Assembly (NCBI GenBank): GCA_018675685.1
Contig: JABGXP010000012.1
Location: 11,596-75,595 of the forward strand
From: a bacterium
Lineage (GTDB): Bacteria > Patescibacteriota > Minisyncoccia > Moranbacterales > DUUL01
Direction: 5' to 3'
Length of the DNA: 64,000 bases
Shown in pieces: positions 59,047 through 64,000 of this stretch. The position numbers and the translations under genes were made by a program. Position 1 is the first letter of the stretch; each line of letters starts with the position of its first letter. A model generated the notes under the pieces. The model saw nothing but the letters and a program-made list of their open reading frames with translations. It did no database searches and was not told the DNA's origin.

Positions 59047-59346
59047 TTATTTATTTACCTTTACTTTCCTTCGAGTTAATTTAAACCAAAAATGTTTCTT
59101 CTCAACATACACGACATACCACCATCTTTGACCAAGCGGAAAACCAAGAATCACACCAAGGAAAATAAAAAATACTTGAAACCAGAAAGGAAATGAAATT
59201 TTTGCTCCCTGCAAGAACCACAGATCATTAACGGTCAGACGCCCAATAGAAATTTGTGTAACCAGATACAATTCCATCGCCTTTAAAGATGCGAAATTCG
59301 TTAAACCCACCGCTACCATTGTTGTCAAAAGATAAAATCTTTTCAT
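59047..59346 (-). CDS. Small membrane protein
   Basis: Two hydrophobic segments, GQRWWYVVYVEK tail. Confidence 0.6.
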   Translation of the reverse strand: MKRFYLLTTMVAVGLTNFASLKAMELYLVTQISIGRLTVNDLWFLQGAKISFPFWFQVFFIFLGVILGFPLGQRWWYVVYVEKKHFWFKLTRRKVKVNK

Positions 59347-59372
59347 AATTTTGTTTTTGTTTGAATGCTGAT

Positions 59373-60023
59373 TTAGGCGAACATTTTCATCTGGTATAGG
59401 ACGAAAATTAGTGTTACTAACATAAAATATATCAAAAAAGTAGCTATTTGTGAAGAGGAATATAACTTCATTGCACTACCAAGCGATTTCTTGGAGCGAA
59501 AACGAAGATTGTCGAATGAAATTGAAGAATATATTTCATCTAGAGTTAGATGACCGATATATCCAACGAAAATAGCGCTTGAAATTAAAAAATTACTTTG
59601 ATTGTCAACCTTTAATACCTTTAAAACCCACATTGCTAAGAGACCAAAAACAAGAGCTGCTGGCAGTGAATGAAAAATTCCTCGGTGATGTGTCAGCTGC
59701 ATGAAGATATACCCAGCAACAAAGCGGATTGCTACAAAAATTGCTATTGGAAAACCAATCAGAAATTTCATTTCGGGGTCTTCTTGTTGGAACAAGTAAA
59801 AAAATCCATAACCAGAGAGAGACATTGCTAGGAGACCGAAAACAATTTTAAAAGGAATTCCTTCATCGACATCCAAATCGGGCGAAAATGATCCCAACAA
59901 GGTAGCGAGGAATATCCAAGCGATCATTTCAAAACCAAGCGAAACTGAATAAATCATACAAGCCACTATAAAAGAAATTCCAAGAATGACACCCCAGGAA
60001 ATATGAGTTTTAAAATTGGCCAT
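59373..60023 (-). CDS. Membrane-bound metal-dependent hydrolase (YdjM/DUF457-like)
   Basis: MANFKTH, SPDLD, HRGIFHS, GHLTLDE. Confidence 0.85.
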   Translation of the reverse strand: MANFKTHISWGVILGISFIVACMIYSVSLGFEMIAWIFLATLLGSFSPDLDVDEGIPFKIVFGLLAMSLSGYGFFYLFQQEDPEMKFLIGFPIAIFVAIRFVAGYIFMQLTHHRGIFHSLPAALVFGLLAMWVLKVLKVDNQSNFLISSAIFVGYIGHLTLDEIYSSISFDNLRFRSKKSLGSAMKLYSSSQIATFLIYFMLVTLIFVLYQMKMFA

Positions 60024-60030
60024 AACTTTT

Positions 60031-61353
60031 CTAGTTATCCTTCTTATGAAAATCGAGAACTTTTTGATCGATAATAATATCTCTTTGTCGCAAAGGGTTT
60101 CTCAAATATATCCCTTCTAGCTTCGTGCAACGACTGAGAGCTACGTAAGTCTGACCATGTGTGAAGGCTCCATTGCCAAGATCAATGATTGCTTTTTCAA
60201 AAGTTTTCCCTTGGCTCTTATGAATGGTCACTGCCCAAGCTAGTTTGAGTGGAAGTTGAGCAAAAGAACCTTTTTCGAACTTCTCAACTTCTTTTATTTG
60301 TGAATTATATTGATAATCATAAATTTCCCAAACTGCTTTTTGAACATGGTGACTTTTTTTGCCAATTTTCACTAAAGCATAGTGCTCCCCTAGTTTTTTG
60401 ACTACTCCGATGGTGCCATTTACCCAGCGCTTTGGAGTCTCTGAATCATTTTTAACAAACATCACCTGCGCTCCAACCTTAAGTTTCAAGTTTGAATCAA
60501 TTGGGCAATCTTTTTCCCTAAAATCTCCTTTTAGTGTCGCCTTAAATGCTTGCTCTACCCCACTGACAGCCCGTAATTTAGTAGAGTTTATTTGATCCGC
60601 AATAGCATTTGTGCTAGCTAGCGTGATTGCAGGAACGCCATCATTTTCGTAAGCGCGATGTCGAGTGTTGAAAAGTTCGAAATCCTCATAGGTCAAGAGA
60701 CTCTCCCTTGTCCTGTTAAGCAATCTTTGAAAAGAGGTGTCTTTTTGACGAAAAATCTTAGTTAACTGAACTGTTTCAAAATCTGCTTCCTCGAAACAAT
60801 TGGCATTAAAAAAATAAACACCATCATATTGATCGGAAAAATATTGACGTTCTTGCCCAATCACAACCGGTGGCAATTGGAAAAGATCACCAAATGCGAT
60901 TATTTGAATTCCTCCAAAGGGTAGATTTTTTCCAGTATTCATTCTCAGTGAATGATCAATCGCATCCATAATATCAGCTCTGACCATCGAAATTTCATCG
61001 ATCACAATCGCGTCTAAATTATTGAAAATCTCTGCCTTGTGATGCAAATGTTCAACGTCATCGCGCCTAACAACCCCAAAAGGAAAAAGAAAAAATGAAT
61101 GAATCGTGCTTCCTTGAATATTAACAGCAGCAATCCCAGTCGGAGCCAGCATGACAATTTTCTTGGAAGTTGTTGCGCAAAAATGTTTGAGCAAAGTTGA
61201 TTTTCCAGTTCCAGCTTTTCCAGTGATGAAGATATTACGAGTGGTTTCCTCCATAAGACATAGAGTATCTTCGAATTCTTCTGTCATCTCAATCTTCCCT
61301 TTGCGGAATAATTTTGTCACTTTCTCTACTATTGTTTCGTCCTTCCTTTCCAT
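60031..61353 (-). CDS. Pif1/RecD-like SF1B helicase
   Basis: GKAGTGKST, APTGIAA, IDEISMV, GDLFQLPPV, AVTIHKSQG, YVALSR; start placed at ATG 61353. Confidence 0.92.
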   Translation of the reverse strand: MERKDETIVEKVTKLFRKGKIEMTEEFEDTLCLMEETTRNIFITGKAGTGKSTLLKHFCATTSKKIVMLAPTGIAAVNIQGSTIHSFFLFPFGVVRRDDVEHLHHKAEIFNNLDAIVIDEISMVRADIMDAIDHSLRMNTGKNLPFGGIQIIAFGDLFQLPPVVIGQERQYFSDQYDGVYFFNANCFEEADFETVQLTKIFRQKDTSFQRLLNRTRESLLTYEDFELFNTRHRAYENDGVPAITLASTNAIADQINSTKLRAVSGVEQAFKATLKGDFREKDCPIDSNLKLKVGAQVMFVKNDSETPKRWVNGTIGVVKKLGEHYALVKIGKKSHHVQKAVWEIYDYQYNSQIKEVEKFEKGSFAQLPLKLAWAVTIHKSQGKTFEKAIIDLGNGAFTHGQTYVALSRCTKLEGIYLRNPLRQRDIIIDQKVLDFHKKDN

Positions 61354-61366
61354 TATTTTTGAGTAT

Positions 61367-62173
61367 TTAGAAAAACAGTTTTGTTTGTTGACCCGTGTCG
61401 ATTTTCTGAATCGAAACAATTTTCACTTTTGGTGTCTCGATAAGATCTTTTCTTTCAACAATTCCTTCCAATAGCACTGAACTTTCTTGGATAAAATCAT
61501 GAAATTGGGAAATTTCTCTGTTTTTGTCTGGTAATAAGCATCTTAAAATTCGATCTTGAGTTCGAAGCCCAATATCATTATATTCTTTATTGATTCTAGT
61601 AATCTCTCCTGTCAATTCAATCACTTCTCCATTCTTCATCTCGGGAAAGACCTCCTTCTTTTGAATTGTTTCAAAAAATTTAGCCCTCTTACTTCTTTGT
61701 ATCCGTAGCTTCTTGTTTCCGTATGCAAGGAGAAATTTTGACTCAGCCCTCTCAAGTGGAGTAAGGATTTTTTGAATTCCATCTAAGAATTTTGGATTGT
61801 TACAGGCTGCTAAAACTCTTGGATTCGCTACCTTTGAGATAACTTCCTTTCTTAGATTGAAAACTTTATCAATCCCAAATTCGCCAATTGTTTCAAGCGA
61901 GTCAGTGATAATTTTTACAATAAGCGAAGTTTTGTTTCGTGTTATTCCCTTGAACTTGAATTTCAAAAACAAGCCCTTGTCATAACCAGGAAAAACCAAA
62001 ATTTGAAAATTCTTAGCTTTCGCAATTTTCGCACATTCCTTCAGACAAATTCTCATTCCCAAAATTACCTCGGCCAACTCTTTTGCATCCACACCTTCGC
62101 TGGTTGAGTATACTAATTCTATAAACTCGTTGTCTTCGGCCTTAAAAAGCTGTTTTTTGTTTGTCCTGTGCAT
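61367..62173 (-). CDS. Hypothetical protein, possible C-terminal OB-like domain and QxxLF tail
   Basis: 268-aa ORF ending 13 bp before the helicase start; ends QQTKLFF. Confidence 0.7.
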   Translation of the reverse strand: MHRTNKKQLFKAEDNEFIELVYSTSEGVDAKELAEVILGMRICLKECAKIAKAKNFQILVFPGYDKGLFLKFKFKGITRNKTSLIVKIITDSLETIGEFGIDKVFNLRKEVISKVANPRVLAACNNPKFLDGIQKILTPLERAESKFLLAYGNKKLRIQRSKRAKFFETIQKKEVFPEMKNGEVIELTGEITRINKEYNDIGLRTQDRILRCLLPDKNREISQFHDFIQESSVLLEGIVERKDLIETPKVKIVSIQKIDTGQQTKLFF

Positions 62174-62391
62174 ATCTTTTCTTTTTCTTTTATTATCTTT
62201 TTGCTCCTTTTTTCATTGTTACGCAAAAACAAAAACGATTAAAACCCCCTTTTTAAATCTCCTTAACTAGTTCATTATAGCACACAAAACTTGCTTGGTC
62301 GCACCATCCGATTGATTGACATAGCTTTATATTCGTGTTATTTTTAAAAGAGTTCCTAAGATAAACTTTTTTGATATAAGGAGAATTTCCC

Positions 62392-62694
62392 ATGGAAAAT
62401 AAAACTTATAACATCGCTGATTTTTTGCGATTCGAAGAAATTATTGTGAAACATCTTGATAATGGTGGCAAGATCGGAAATACTGCTCTTTCTGAAACCG
62501 AAACACTGCTGCACAAAACGCTCGGAACTGTTGGATATAGAAAGATTACTAAGTCAGCAAATAAAGTGCTGCCTACTACATTATTTCCTTCAATGAATTA
62601 TCTAAAGAGTATTTGCATCTTCATAAAAGAATGGACCGAGCTTATGATCGAAGAAGGGATCATTGAGGGTCAAGCGGATCTCAAAGCTACATAG
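62392..62694 (+). CDS. Orphan hypothetical protein (standalone unit)
   Basis: Promoter TTGACA-17-TATTTT with TGn extension 62316-62344; SD AAGGAG 62378-62383; terminator 62754-62795. Confidence 0.68.
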   Translation: MENKTYNIADFLRFEEIIVKHLDNGGKIGNTALSETETLLHKTLGTVGYRKITKSANKVLPTTLFPSMNYLKSICIFIKEWTELMIEEGIIEGQADLKAT

Positions 62695-62753
62695 ATGCCA
62701 ATCAAAAAAGGTTGTAAATGAAAACTGATATTAAAAAACTATTGTTTAAAAAT

Positions 62754-62795
62754 AAGTCTGCGTGATATTAATACATATTGCGCAGACTTTTTTTT
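62754..62795. terminator. Terminator between convergent genes
   Basis: AAGTCTGCG...CGCAGACTTTTTTTT. Confidence 0.75.
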
Positions 62796-63834
62796 ATTTA
62801 TCTTCTCTTGCTTTTCCAGCCAATTGTCCGCAAGCTCCCTGGATGTCTTCACCCATGCTTTTTCTGATTGTGCAGTGCACTCTCTCTCTTTCTAAATCGT
62901 CCTTAAATCTCTTTACAACTTCTTTTGATGAAGAGTGCAGATTTTCTCCGATTGAGTTATAGCGAATCAAGTTTACATGAATCAACTGCATTTTGCCTAT
63001 TGATTTTAGGAATTTTGCTAATTGCAAAGCATCTTCTTTTGTGTCATTAACCCCTCCCAACAAAAGATATTCGATGAAAACTTTGCGAGTGTTGGTCTGG
63101 AAATAGCTTTGCAAAAAGTTTCGCAAATCGCTAAGACCATGCTTCTTGTTGATTGGCATGAACTCATCTCTTTTGCGATCATCTGCAAAATGCAACGAGA
63201 TTGCCAAGTTCACTTGTGGAAAATCTTTTGCAAACTCCTCCATTCCTTCGATGATGCCAGCTGTTGAAACTGCAATATTTCGACTTCCAAAGTTGAAAAA
63301 TTGCTCATCAATTAAGACTTTCAAACTTTCTTTGACGTTTTTCCAGTTTAAAAATGGCTCCCCCATCCCCATATAGACAATATTTGAAAATTGTCCAGGT
63401 AATTTGTTTTTTGCAAGATATTGTTTCCAAAATAATACTTGGCTAGTAATTTCATCGCCAGAGAGATCTCGCACCAAGCCATTTTTTCCGGTGGCACAAA
63501 AAGCACACCCTAGAGCGCACCCAACTTGTGATGAGATACAAGCTGACCAAGTCCCTTCTTTTGGTGAAAGTAATACTGTTTCAATGATATTTCCATCTTC
63601 AAGTTCCAAAAGAGCTTTGATCGCTTTTTTGTTCCTTGAAATCAAAACTTCTTTTTCCTTAAAAGGAAGAATATTCACTTCGTTTTCAAGTTCAATTCGC
63701 AATTTTTTTGAGATTGTTGAGATATCCAAAAATGAAGGAATTGCATCTTCAAAAACTGCTTTGCAAATTTGTTTAAAGCGAAATGCTGGTTCTTTCTTTT
63801 CTTTTAAAACTTCTGCTAATTTATTAGTATCCAC
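62794..63834 (-). CDS. rlmN: 23S rRNA (adenine2503-C2)-methyltransferase RlmN
   Basis: CISSQVGCALGCAFCATG, MGMGEP, SLH, GACGQL. Confidence 0.96.
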   Translation of the reverse strand: MDTNKLAEVLKEKKEPAFRFKQICKAVFEDAIPSFLDISTISKKLRIELENEVNILPFKEKEVLISRNKKAIKALLELEDGNIIETVLLSPKEGTWSACISSQVGCALGCAFCATGKNGLVRDLSGDEITSQVLFWKQYLAKNKLPGQFSNIVYMGMGEPFLNWKNVKESLKVLIDEQFFNFGSRNIAVSTAGIIEGMEEFAKDFPQVNLAISLHFADDRKRDEFMPINKKHGLSDLRNFLQSYFQTNTRKVFIEYLLLGGVNDTKEDALQLAKFLKSIGKMQLIHVNLIRYNSIGENLHSSSKEVVKRFKDDLERERVHCTIRKSMGEDIQGACGQLAGKAREDK

Positions 63835-63914
63835 GTTCTTTAGTTATTTTTGATTAAAGCATCTAAATTAAACCATGAATCGCTTAAACAATAAAGCCCC
63901 TTAGCTTTTTAACC

Positions 63915-63943
63915 TTGACAAAATGTGTATTATATGCTTTACT
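63915..63943 (+). promoter_or_regulatory. Sigma70-type promoter for a gene beyond the window
   Basis: TTGACA-17-TTTACT with TGn extension. Confidence 0.45.
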
Positions 63944-64000
63944 AAAGGTGAGATGTCGAGGCAATTTATAGCTTTTATAATAGTTATTTGCAAAACCAAC

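Noticed and set aside
688-63853. Numerous short ORFs overlapping conserved genes on the opposite strand or in other frames
   Set aside because: Shadow ORFs of well-supported genes, with no independent motifs or start signals
1-64000. Alternative genetic code 25 (UGA=Gly), prophage or IS elements
   Set aside because: Conserved genes are full length under code 11 and some end in TGA (e.g. yvcK-like 27239, HDAC 45497); no phage, integrase or transposase motifs seen

Overview
AT-rich bacterial chromosomal segment using genetic code 11. It most resembles a Patescibacteria/CPR (Parcubacteria-like) genome; this is inferred from gene content (DUF4012-like, VanW, short Rel, NIF3-like, paired O-antigen-ligase-like genes) and from A-rich, SD-less leaders on core genes. 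Most of the window is housekeeping: rseP, proS, mreBCD-mrdA, yebC-ruvC-dnaB-recR, dusB, cysS, corA, rel, valS, gltX, rlmN, an rmlCBD surface-glycan region and five tRNAs. Structure not explained by ordinary annotation: (1) scattered single-gene units with a TTGACA promoter, a strong Shine-Dalgarno, an orphan ORF and a terminator, one of which encodes a tetraheme cytochrome c3; (2) a Cys T-box riboswitch upstream of cysteine synthase-cysS that appears to have only an ultra-short stem I; (3) a palindromic dif-like site at 55.5 kb bracketed by 32-bp direct repeats; (4) a membrane-anchored HDAC11-like deacylase; (5) an operon of a clamp-motif protein, a Pif1-like helicase and two membrane proteins; (6) a decaying island of small membrane genes punctuated by REP-like hairpins; (7) atypical tRNAs. 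All calls come from reading motifs by eye; no database searches or computations were run.
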